From positions 1 to 64,000 of the forward strand of contig JAAPAO010000017.1 of assembly GCA_013115145.1 (NCBI GenBank): DNA of 64,000 nt, given 5' to 3'. Position 1 is the first letter of the stretch; every line of letters starts with the position of its first letter. This DNA comes from Perkinsus chesapeaki ATCC PRA-425 (taxonomy: Eukaryota; Protista; Perkinsozoa). This document shows, piece after piece, positions 38,988 through 49,900 of this stretch. The notes beneath the pieces were generated by a model that was given only the letters and a program-made list of their open reading frames with translations, ran no database searches and was not told the origin of the DNA. The position numbers and the translations under genes are program-made.

Positions 38988-39037
38988 GTTGCATGACCCG
39001 TGGTGCTATGCACCGTTCAGGAAACCCCGAGTAGACT
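38988..39037. repeat. Structured 50-nt motif, copy 2
   Basis: See copy 1; central hairpin GGTGC-TAT-GCACC. Confidence 0.85.
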
Positions 39038-39231
39038 TAGTCTACCAGTCACGTAATGCATTCTGTCACTCACTTAGCAACACACTCATACCGAATTAGT
39101 TTTATACGTTGGGCGGTAGAGAGCCCATCAAATCACATTCCTATAATGCCTCAGGCACGATGTATAAGCATACCCATTAGGATGTCGAAATTGAGATACA
39201 CGACCGTTTTAACACATCAAAAGCTGGAGGG

Positions 39232-39966
39232 CTAGGGTAAATATAAGATCACCATGTCTTGAAGCATAGGATCTTGGAACTCCGTCTCCGACTGAACAAC
39301 TGTGAACTCATCTGTGCTTCTCTCAACTGTATCACCAGCGGTCCTGTTGTAGTTACATATACGGTCGTATGATTTTTTCTCGCTATCTGTCATAGGCAGT
39401 GGCTTCCATCTTGAAGGTACCGCGGGCATTTTCTTGGGGGTAGACGGAGCTCGGCCGATGAGTCTTGCATCGTTGTAATACTCTCCATCGAGAAAAGCTT
39501 GCTCGAACCTCTCTTCAGGTTGATTGCTGTTCAGAGCCATTTGAATTTGATGGTGAGTCTTGCAGAAATTGCTTCTTGGGATAGCCATCCTGTCACACCC
39601 ATCTCTCGAGCATCTCTTGCCTCCTCCGTGTTTCTGGCACATTTGCACCTTGCCCCCAGACCTCGCCGGAGCATGGCAACCGGGATGCTGGCAACGGCGG
39701 CCGCCACCATGCTTCTTACAAAAGAGCGTTTTGCCGACCGCGCTTCTGAGACAGTCGTTTTCGATACAGCGATGGCCTCCTCCATGTCTAATACAATAAA
39801 GGAAGCCATCCCTAGCTGAGGCAGTACAGCCTTCCACCATACACCTTTGACCACCACCGTGATTGATGCAGTAGAAAGAAGCCGTTCTTACACGTTTCTG
39901 GCACCCAGCGACCATACAGGTTTTGCCAAGTGAGACGTGACGGTCACAGCCAGTAGTGAAGGACAT
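39232..39966 (-). CDS. WRKY19-like Cys/His zinc-repeat protein (C-x3-GC...C-x2-HGGG repeats), intronless
   Basis: Single 244-aa ORF with CMVAGCQKRVRTASFYCINHGGG, CMVEGCTASARDGFLYCIRHGGG, CIENDCLRSAVGKTLFCKKHGGG, CQHPGC..MCQKHGGG and CSRDGC..FCKTH. Confidence 0.88.
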   Translation of the reverse strand: MSFTTGCDRHVSLGKTCMVAGCQKRVRTASFYCINHGGGQRCMVEGCTASARDGFLYCIRHGGGHRCIENDCLRSAVGKTLFCKKHGGGRRCQHPGCHAPARSGGKVQMCQKHGGGKRCSRDGCDRMAIPRSNFCKTHHQIQMALNSNQPEERFEQAFLDGEYYNDARLIGRAPSTPKKMPAVPSRWKPLPMTDSEKKSYDRICNYNRTAGDTVERSTDEFTVVQSETEFQDPMLQDMVILYLP

Positions 39967-40466
39967 GTTTGTTGGGTTTATAATTTGTTATTAATAATAA
40001 CCTATAATATTCCCATTTTTCGGTAAGCTTGTTACATGACTCATGTAAGGCTCCGTATTGACAACTCAACTGAGGTTTACCGTCACGCATCTGCATTTCT
40101 CATGAGCGATTTCCTTGAGAGAATCAATTATATACGATGTCATTACTTGTCAACTCAGTCTTTTGAGTGTCTCATAAAGGAGTTACAGTTTGGTTTCCAA
40201 ACTTTTGCCTTGTCTTATTGTACCTCGTTAACTTGCACACCATATGAGTATTATGTCTTGAGTTCTCTCTTGTTGTTACCAATACAGTTGCTTGCAAGTG
40301 CTTACAGCAGCAGACTTGCAACACAAACCATATACGCGAATCACAGCGCGCATCACATCAGCGTCATGATGAAAACAGCAAGACCAAGAGCATGATGGCA
40401 TGCATTGGTGAAGTACAACAGTACTCACTCACGCGAATGACTAAGTCATCGTGATTAGGGGGTTTA

Positions 40467-41500
40467 TTAGATTCCATTATACATGAACCTCGCCAAAGGG
40501 TGAGTGTACATGGGGACGTCCTCCTCTTCCTCTTCTGGCTCGCTCCTGAGACACAATGACGAAATGGCAAACATATCGAACAGTCGCCCATTCCTACTCC
40601 TCGTGAACTTCCTGTGGCGTGTCGCATGGCGACGGCACACGGGTGTTCTCACCAATGGTGAACAACAAAGGAGGACCCAGGTCTTCAGCATTCCGAAAAT
40701 CCTTTAGGAAGTAGTTCAGAGGAGCTACGGTGATATCCGTGGCTGTGAAGCTGGGCCTTGTGCTGTCACGAGCAACCAAGTAAGAGTCTCTGCCATCCTT
40801 CTCTGTCCCTCCAGCCTTATTATGCCCTTTTTGAGTAACTCGTTTCTTCTCTGCTGGCGCATCGCCGTCGAGGTATCGATGCTCCGAGCAATAGTCACTG
40901 CGGGCGGCAGCGCTTCTTTCACATGCTGAAAAGGACCAAGATAACACAGGCACTTTGCGAAGGGAGAGATTTGGAGGACAACTTACTCGATAGTGCGCAT
41001 CTTTTCCCACCGCCGTGCTTCATGCACATCTGCGGTTGTCCCGGGCGCGCTGCGGAATCACAGCCCGGGAACTGGCAGCGCCTACCGCCGCCGTGCGCCT
41101 TGCAAAAGTCGGTCGATCCAACAGCGCTCTTCGTGCAGCCCGGTTCTTGGCAACGTCGACCACCACCATGAGCAATGCAGTAGACGCTACCGTGGCGTGC
41201 TGACGTCGAACAGCCCGTTTGCTGTTCGGCAAAAATAGTGTTGAATCAGTTGAGGTAGGTTTGCTTACCTGGCATGTATTCCCTCCTCCATGGGTTATAC
41301 AGTAGCTCGCTCCATTACGTACCTGAAGTAAAGAAGGACTGCCGAATGGGCTGATACAGAGGTTTGAATGTAGCAATTCTGGCACTCACCTGGCGATCAC
41401 ATCCATCGGTTTTGCACACCTTTGGTGCTGCTGCCGCAGTTGGAGCCTTCCTTACACGCTTGAGATCAGTCGAGTCTTGCACGGTGGGCTTAACGACCAT
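40467..41500 (-). CDS. WRKY19-like Cys/His zinc-repeat protein, intron-containing paralog
   Basis: Spliced: VCKTDGCDRQ|VRNGASYCITHGGGNTCQ|..GCSTSARHGSVYCIAHGGGRRCQEPGCTKSAVGSTDFCKAHGGGRRCQFPGC..MCMKHGGGKRCAL|..CERSAAARSDYCSEH. The 3' end is approximate. Confidence 0.85.
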
Positions 41501-41699
41501 TTTGATTGAAATTGCACACCAACTGAAATAAATGGTTTCACCGTCTCCGGAATTAATTGACGAACACATCGCTTAATTAGTGTCAACACCAACTCCGTTA
41601 AGACATTGCAACACCACCTACGATGCCTTCCTATCAGGCTTGGTAGTAGCACGAATACATAATTAAAAAGCTGCAAATTTTGAGAAAGGATTCACAAAG

Positions 41700-42780
41700 T
41701 TAGGAAGAGCTGCGACTCCTTCGCATCCGACGGCCCGAAGCCCATTGCCGACGACGCTTGTAGAGTTGGACCTTCAGCGTAGCGCAGAACTCCCTCGGCT
41801 TGCGATGAGCAATCTTGTTGAGAACCCACTGCGGGACCCCATTCGGATCCATGTGTGATATCATCGTTAACTGCGTGCCTGGACATCCCCCAAACCCTCG
41901 TCCAACAAGTGACAGCAATGCTTACCTGTATCAGTTTGCTCCATTAGCTGGCATGATATAAATAGATGAGCTCTCTCGTAACCAGGGGTGCACGGAACGC
42001 TGTAGAACAAGTCTTGCACAGGGAAGGAAGCTCGGATGGCACAAGTACTCCCTTACCAGTCCTTCCGGTGCTCCACTGGTATCGATGAGCCAGCTATAAT
42101 ATGCATCTGTGGGTTGCCGAAGATGTTTTTAACACATACTCGCAGCTCCGCGACTTCGCGGGGTTTGAAACCGAAGGTCTGAAACAAGACACGGTGATCG
42201 AACGCGGGAAAGCCTCTCCGTCTTACCTTTGCAAATCCAGGAAGTTTGTACTGCGTGAGCCACACCTTCGAGTCTATTCTCTCGCACCCTGGCCCTGTGG
42301 CTGGCTCGCCCTCTGGTGGAAACTGGAACTCGCTCCAAGTGTAGTCACCGGCACACTCGACGTCTTCGTGCCAAGTGCCAATCCACTCCTTATCAGAGAG
42401 AGCTTCGAACACTTCGTCTGCCGGAATATCGGGAATTTGGAAAACCAGCTTGACGCACGGCATCGACATGCCAGAGCCATCAGGACACTCTTTCTCCTTG
42501 CGCCAGATCATGAACTCATGAGAGTTTTCGATGGGCTTGCCGAAGACCTCCTGAGTTGATAACTGCCAGGCCTGCTCCTTGAGTATCAGGCATTCATCCG
42601 GTGGCTGCTGCTGCGGTGGAGAGTGTGACAATCGACTTCGTCCAGCTGAGCCAGGCGATACAGATAAGAAGCTGAGACTGCGATTGACTGACGAGAAAAG
42701 TGGACCTTCCAGGGGGTGGCTACTCGAGCGCTGAAGAAAAGATCGGCGTAACCAGCAGGCAGCGATACTATGGCTCCTAC
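41700..42780 (-). CDS. START/SRPBCC lipid-transfer domain protein
   Basis: IPADEVFEALSDKEWIGTWHED..FGFKPREVAELR..HIIAGSSI..TQLTMISHMDPNGVPQWVLNK, which matches the START C-terminal DP-G--P-W--N helix. N-terminus extends further upstream; boundary uncertain. Confidence 0.8.
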
Positions 42781-43149
42781 CTCAGGAGATGAAACAGCAG
42801 ACACGAAACTGCTCTGTACCGGGACGGCGACACTGCTACACAGTGAGTGGAACTGAAGCACAAATTAAACGACCGAAATGGAGCCATGACCTACCGAACG
42901 GCTGGGGGAATCATCGACGCATGCAGGAGTCTTCAGCTTCACCGAATAACGATTCCCGTCAACAAAGTACTGAAAATAAAGATAAGCTCACATAAGAGGC
43001 ACTACTTCGAAGATACCTTGTTGAAAGTCGCTGCATACCCTCTCGGAAGGACATTGGGGACTGGAGTAGGCCCATTAGGCTCATCCATCACCTCACCACC
43101 ACCACGCCCCCGATGTCGATGACGGAGACGCCATACCATAATACCCAAA

Positions 43150-44317
43150 CTAGGATATTAATTGACAAACCCAATTACAAATCAAGGCTTGATGAGAAAG
43201 TGCCACGAAGAGAAACGAAGGTACTACCGACAACAGAACAAGGAGATATCGAATACAGAAGGAAGACGGATCGTGCATTAGCAAAGTAAAGTTCGAGGGG
43301 GATAGACAAAAACAACAGCCTTCCCGCTGTAACCGTAAACATACAGCCAGGTGTAGCAATAGGCCTGGTGAGGCGGCGTCGGACAGCAGAGCAAAACCGA
43401 ACCCCTGGGCAAATGAACGAGCGATACGACCAATACTGTACAGTCAAGGTCCTAGACAAGCTCCCTGAATGGGAAAATGGCCGTCATTGACCAGACCAAT
43501 CATACAGTAAAACCTGAAATACTCGGCAGAAGAGGACTTATAAACCAGATACAACAGAAAGTACAGCGTTGGCCAGCCAAGGTCATTTACGACCTACGGA
43601 AGAGCAACAACACGACTAGAATCTCTGTACAGCGCCATCACAGAGCGGATCCTTTAAGGCCTTGAGACTATCCTCCAACGGCCAAGCGGAGCTCGAGCTC
43701 ACTCTTGCGCCGCCGGCGGAAGCCCAAGTTATCCACAGTGTTCGCTACAACAAACGCTGCTCTGACAGACGCTTAGACCAGTAGTCAGGTGCTCGGGCCA
43801 CAAGTGTTGAAAAAGTCAAGCAGGTATCATCAAGCCAAGTGGTTGATCATACTGCCGACTGTAGTAATCATATAAGAATAAGAATTGGGGATATAACAAT
43901 AATAATATAAGTTGCCGAGCGTGGGCATCTCATCTATCAATCCCAAGTGGGTGCATAAACCACACATGAGACACATATAACAATCGTCTGTGATGAAAGT
44001 ATTAACATAGTGCGATGAAAATCCAATCGCGGCGTACAGCAAACGGTAATAATGATTCCACCCTCCTCAGCGAGCATGACACGAGCCAACGCCGCCGGCA
44101 GGAGGGCAGGAGATCGGAAAATAAGGAAAACTAGATTAGTTAAAACCGCATAAGCGAGGAGGAAAAAGAAGCAGTAGGTAAGGAACACATGCCAGAAACT
44201 AATCTTCATAACGCTCCTCTTCACTGTAGCCTTGGTGGTAGTAAGTCGGCATCTGATCGTACAACAATGTCCTCCGATACTCAGTATAATTATCAACATC
44301 TTACCATTGATCCACAA
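43150..44317 (-). CDS. Possible membrane-protein exons (separate gene, or N-terminus of the START protein)
   Basis: Hydrophobic segments SFWHVFLTYCFFFLLAYAVLTNLVFLIF and YLLVLLSVVPSFLFVALS. Splice path unresolved. Confidence 0.3.
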
Positions 44318-44422
44318 GACGCCGACCTTCTGAAGCCCACGTTACTTGGAGTCGCCCCACCTTGCTGTTGCTGATACTGCTGCTGATAGTAGTACGTGGG
44401 GGTGGCGGCATAGCAAGGGGAC

Positions 44423-45293
44423 TCAGGCTGAACACACACCAATGAGGAGAGCCGAGCGGGCAGCTGCCGGTTTGCCTACCTCCCACTGAGGATGCTGGAC
44501 CACATAATAGGCACCAGATGCGTTGGCAACATAATAAGGGGAGTAACACACCGGACTGCAGTACACAGGAGAAGGTGGATAGTAGCCAGGATAAGTCTGA
44601 GGAAGAAACGAGTCACCAACTGGCGCATAGGGGGCAACGTACCACAGCCATGGTGGGCAGGGATCCCGTGGAGGCACGCTTAGGCAAACCACATGGGACT
44701 TGCTGAGGGCTGACACCACTGCGCGAGAACGAGCAATAACGAGGACTTGTCGCCGGTGAGCACGAGGAAAGGCTCTGAGGCAAGACACAAATTCCGGACC
44801 CAAACCGAAAACGGTTGCTACATCTTCCGACTCCCCAGCACAGGTAAGTTCGGCAGCACTCTTCTCGGCTTCTCTCTTCCGCATCCTTATCAATTTTTGT
44901 TCAGCCTTCGCCTCAGCACGCCGTTTGGCAATCAAACTGGGATCGTTGTGTTCCTTAAGACTGTGGGCGAATCTGCCATAAACACTGAGCAATCACACCA
45001 CCGCTCCTCAGCTACCTGCAAGAGTTCTCCAAGCGGCATTTTCCACGCTTGAAGTGATCACATAAAGGCTTCTTCTTAGGTTGCTCCTGAGAGATAACAA
45101 CAACGATATGGTCATTGCTTGCACATGAGGTCCTCACTACCTCGCTCTGACAAGCTCCACCAGCGACGGTAGCTTCCTCTTTCGGCAAGTGCTGCTCGAC
45201 ATCTTCACCCGCCACCACAGAAGCAGGAGCCTTCCCTTCAGTCAAAGCTTCTCCTTTAGAGGTGATCGATCTGACTAATTGAGTTGATGACAT
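44423..45293 (-). CDS. CCCH zinc-finger protein, paralog A
   Basis: Spliced CDHFKRGKCRLENSCR|FAH (C-x7-C-x5-C-x3-H), followed by SLKEHNDPSLIAKRRAEAKAE and a Pro/Tyr-rich tail. Confidence 0.75.
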
Positions 45294-45847
45294 AATGTAG
45301 CCGATTGAAATATCAAACTGACCAAGCAAAGGAGTACGTCCTAGCAGCCCAGAGACCAGAGAACGAAATCAAGCATACTTTTAGAAATTACAAGAACTTA
45401 TCGTCCATCAGCGTATGCGCTGAGAGCCACAGACTGCGAGGGTAGTATCAGTACAACTCTGCAAGAAAAAGTAGTATAAATGTAATGATAGAGTGTCCGC
45501 CAACGAGCACCTTTGGAAATAACGAATGAGTTACAGTCCCTATGGGGGATACCTTTAGACATATTCTATAAATGAAACTTTTCAGTTTCACTGACATGGT
45601 TTGAGAAACGAGTCTTTAACACTCATGGAAGATAAGATTGATAGCGAACAGGCACTAGACATGCCATGGTAATATAATCATACGCTCAATAGGTCTATGC
45701 GTAAATGGTATTAATCCTCATAGAAGGCGGGCTCCGCAGCTCTCAGTTGCTCAAGAGTGTAACCTTCAAGAGACGACTGAAGAGATAACATCTGGATGGC
45801 CATTGATGGTTAGTGTTACCTGGTACAGAGACCACCAAGTGTTCCTC

Positions 45848-46722
45848 CTAGGGGCAGCACATATAGGAAAAGGACTCTAAAGTGGAATAAATAAAGCACT
45901 GCCAGATCCTGACGATGAGCTTACTATCACAGAAGTTGAAACGCAACTCCAGGACCTCGGCCTCTCACAGGAGCTCACGCTACGAGGCGTGTCGCTTAGG
46001 TCTGTACGGCTGCAAGAGGGGGAGGAGCGGGCACTTTGGGAATCTTCGGGGTGACCAATGGTTGGCGACGATACAAAAGTCTTCAGAGATGCCGGGAGCG
46101 TAGTACTATCCTAAACAGCAATATAATACTACTCATTGCGACCACTGCACGACGGAGGAAATGTACTTTGTAACGGACGGGCGAGCGAGATTGAGCGGCG
46201 GCGGGCGGCGGCGATCAAATTACGAGAAGGCGCACACATCACCTACTTGAGCGGACTGCCATGGACTGAGTAATTTCGGGCTCAAGCCAGAAGACTCAGA
46301 TCCACCATCACCGGAAGGAACGTCCGCATCGGCAGCGTCAGCGGATTTGGCATCGGAAAGGGCTACTTCCGCCTCGGCTTTGGCGCGACGTTCGTCAACT
46401 ATCTCCGGATGATAGTACTCCTTTAGAGTATGTGCAAACCGACAAGCCAAACCCATTCGACACCGGTCGTTCTTGAAGTACTCGCATATCGGTCTGCAGG
46501 GAACAGAGGCATCCGTCTTGCTGGGGGACGGTGGATTATCACGATCCTGAAGCGAAGACTAAAGAGGGCACATACGACACAAAAACTGTCCCATTTCAAG
46601 AACGCATCCAAACCATTTCAAAGTCCAATGTTTTAGCGCAGATCCACCTTTAGAGGTCAAGACCGCAGACGCCGCTCAACCTTAGATTAGGGCTTACATT
46701 CCTCCAGCGCCTCCTTGGCCAT
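45848..46722 (-). CDS. CCCH zinc-finger protein, paralog B
   Basis: CEYFKNDRCRMGLACRFAH (C-x7-C-x5-C-x3-H), followed by TLKEYYHPEIVDERRAKAEAE. Ends approximate. Confidence 0.7.
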
Positions 46723-46977
46723 GGCCCACGTTGGTGCTTTAAATTCTTTAAGCTCATTTTACAGGTTCGATAACATAATCAAGTAACGTGTGTGAATTAA
46801 GAAAGTGTTTACGTGCCCAGGCGAGCGCCAATTAATTACTCGAGAAACGACATCTCCGCGGTTCGAACCCACGCCCTCACCAGGGAAACTGCGAAGGTTC
46901 GATTAAAACTCCGATGCTTGTGTCGTTGGATCAGGAGAGGCTAACTTAGTATTATTATCAGCGATTTTATCGTTATA

Positions 46978-49900
46978 ATGTCATCTCAACCACCACGTAT
47001 TGGCGGTGGTCTTTTTTCGAAACGGCCAGGTCAGGCATCTCGCCCCCCACCACCACACAAGGATGAAGGTGCTGAATCTAACACCATTGCTGCTCGGTCC
47101 TGCGGGTCGAGTAACATACATCCTGCCGGGGAGAGCAATGGCAGTCATATGGACGAGGCCAGGAGTGATAAAATAAAGGATGATCAAACGCAAGCCGAGG
47201 TAGTCTGGGAACAACTTGGAAGAGCCGATCGACTCAGAAATGACCTCAGCGCTGTGTAGTGCCACAAACTGGCATTCTGCGACTTCACGGTATCCCTATT
47301 TGCCAGGTTACTCCCTCGGCTGCTGCTGCACCACTCACACTGCCAACGGCCTCACCCTCGGCAGTGGGAACTGCTGAGTCACTGTTCTCGCCGACTGGTT
47401 CCGGCGGCTTCCTAGGGGATGCCACTGACCCTTTTACAAGTGTTGGTAGTAACCAGAATGTGCCCAAGGGAAGCGAGTCCGGCCACTCATCGACTCGGCA
47501 GTCCGCGGACACATCTCCTCCTCCTCCTCCACCACCCCCACCAGAGGAACATTCCGCCCCTCCTGAAGGAAAAGGCGGTACCGAGGAGTCCACCGTGACC
47601 ATGCCCAGTCTGGACCATGCAGAGCAGCGTGCAGCATCGGCGGCGGCGGACTCGGTTTTAGTGTCGCTGCGGTCTGTGATTGGCGACAGTAGTGACGAGT
47701 CTTCGGTGGATGAAAGGAATAAGGCGATATCGGCGGAGCTACCTGCCACCGATGTGGACGGGGATAGGACGAATCGCTCAGGAATAGCTCGACATCCTCC
47801 GGCTCACAGGGCTCCCGAAGCCATCAAGGCCAGCTCCAATCCGTTTGAGTCGGCAGCAATGCCTGTGTCACCACAGAAGACGGTATCAGTACGGTCGGGA
47901 GTGACATCTCCAAGATATGTTAACCCTTTCCCAGAGGAGATGCATGTAAAGAAGGATGAGACACCCACACAAACCGAGGCTCAGGGGAAGAACGCAACAG
48001 CAACTGTTGCTGCTGTTCCGAGAGGCGGGCAGATGAAACACCCATCTCTCCGGCATGTTCCAGAGCCTGTGAAGGCCAGCTCCAACCCCTTCGGCGTGGC
48101 CGTGGCCCGTCTAAGAGTCGACTCCGGATCTCTGAGCAGCCCTGGAGTTACCTCTCCAAGATATGTTAACCCCTTCCCTGTGGAGATGCACAAATCGTTG
48201 GGCTCGCCGCGGTCAGGTGTGGTCATGCCTCCTCATCCATCCTTCGGGGCGTCGATTGACAGTGGTGAGAGTAACGCCTATCAACATGCCCATCAGGCAC
48301 TGGATGCCAAGGCACTATTTGCTGAAGATGATTGGGCTACTTTTTTACCGGGGCAGCAGAGCTACGAGCACCAGCAGCAGGGAAGTGAGCCCAAGGCTGG
48401 CGTGAAGGGCCAGGCCGCTGGCTCAGTAGTGGGAGAGAAGGAGGCTTTCAATGTAATAGGAGAGAGGAGGAGAAAGGAGGAGGAGGTCTCTGATGATAAT
48501 GGTGGTCATGCTTTTACTGTTGAACCTCCCAAGGCAGTAGCCACGGTCGAACCTCCAAAGGCAGCCACGGTCGAACCTCCAAAGGCAGCTACGGTCGAAC
48601 CTCCAAAGGCAGCTACGGTCGAACCTCCAAAGGCAGCAGCCCCGGTCGAACCTCCAAAGGCAGCTACGGTCGAACCTCCAAAGGCAGCAGCCACGGTCGA
48701 ACCCCCAAAGGCAGCTACGGTCGAACCTCCAAAGGCAGCAGCTACGGTCGAACCTCCCAAGGCAGCTACGGTCGAACCTCCGAAGGCAGCTACGGTCGAA
48801 CCTCCAAAGGCAGCAGAAACTGTCGAGCCCCCAAAATCAGCAGCTACGGTCGGACCTCCAAAGGCAGCAGCTACAGCGGTACCTTCCTCGGTGCCCTCGA
48901 TTAGCAGCCCAGGTGTACCTACGGCAGCATCCCTATTCGAGGATTCAGCTTCACCTATTGATTTTATGAGCGGTGGGCGCGGTCAGGCTATGAGCTTCAG
49001 TTCATTAATACATAGCGGAGAGGACGTAGATACTGTGCCTAAACAGGATCCTGGTATGGAAGCATCACCACCTGGACAGTCATCCGAACCACCTATGGCT
49101 GTGGCCCCGCTGGCTTCTTTAGTGCCTGAGCCGCCCATGCGACCTCCAGCACCGTCATCACCTCCAGCTGCAGCAGCGGCGGCGGTCACTTCGCAGGTTG
49201 GGACCACTACTGCCTCTCCCGTGCCAGCTATTGGGAAGAAGGATGATAGGAATGGCTGCGGTGTGGTATTTGGTTTTGGTGGTAAAGTATTTGAAGTGTT
49301 GGGCGGTAGTGATGTGAAGGGTGTACCCTTCCCTCCAGCAGCCATGGAGGATCTTGCCTCCTACCCGGGCCCGTTCACCGCAAGCACTCCTAGATATGTG
49401 GTGCAGCAGTACTGCCATCGAATGCTCAGCTCCTCGACTGGTGATGAGCAAGTCCTATGGCGGCTCTTGTCGGCCTTCGCTGATGATCATGATGCCGCGG
49501 CGCTCAACAGCAGAAGCAGGCGTGACCTGGCATGTGCTGCTCTCAGAGGGAACGAACCTCACCCCGCTCAGGACTCACTGGTCCGACTATGTTGGGCGGC
49601 CACGGATGATGCTGAGTGGCAAAGATTTGTGGAGAGCGAAACCGAGGAGGTCGATTGGGCAGGTGTACTGGCCTTGGCCTCGACTCAAGGGGCTGACAAG
49701 TTCCGCCAGTTCATGTCGATCTACGCCACTAAGGGACTTGCCACTGCTGCTGCCAACAAGGACGCCACGGAGAGCCCAGCCAGGCCGCTACTGCGACTGG
49801 TTATAGAGTCCTTTACGGGTCAAGGCTCCATGGATGATATGGGACCCAAGACGCTGGACCTCTGGCCGGTAGCGGCAGCCTTGTTGCTGAGGATGGGTGC

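Noticed and set aside
36995-39037. Repeated ATGA...GA hairpin as a SECIS element
   Set aside because: There is no apical AA(R) motif, the helix above the putative quartet does not form in copy 2, and no upstream selenoprotein is evident.
46850-46890. GGTTCGAACCC T-arm-like motif as a tRNA
   Set aside because: No A box, D arm or acceptor stem can be formed upstream.
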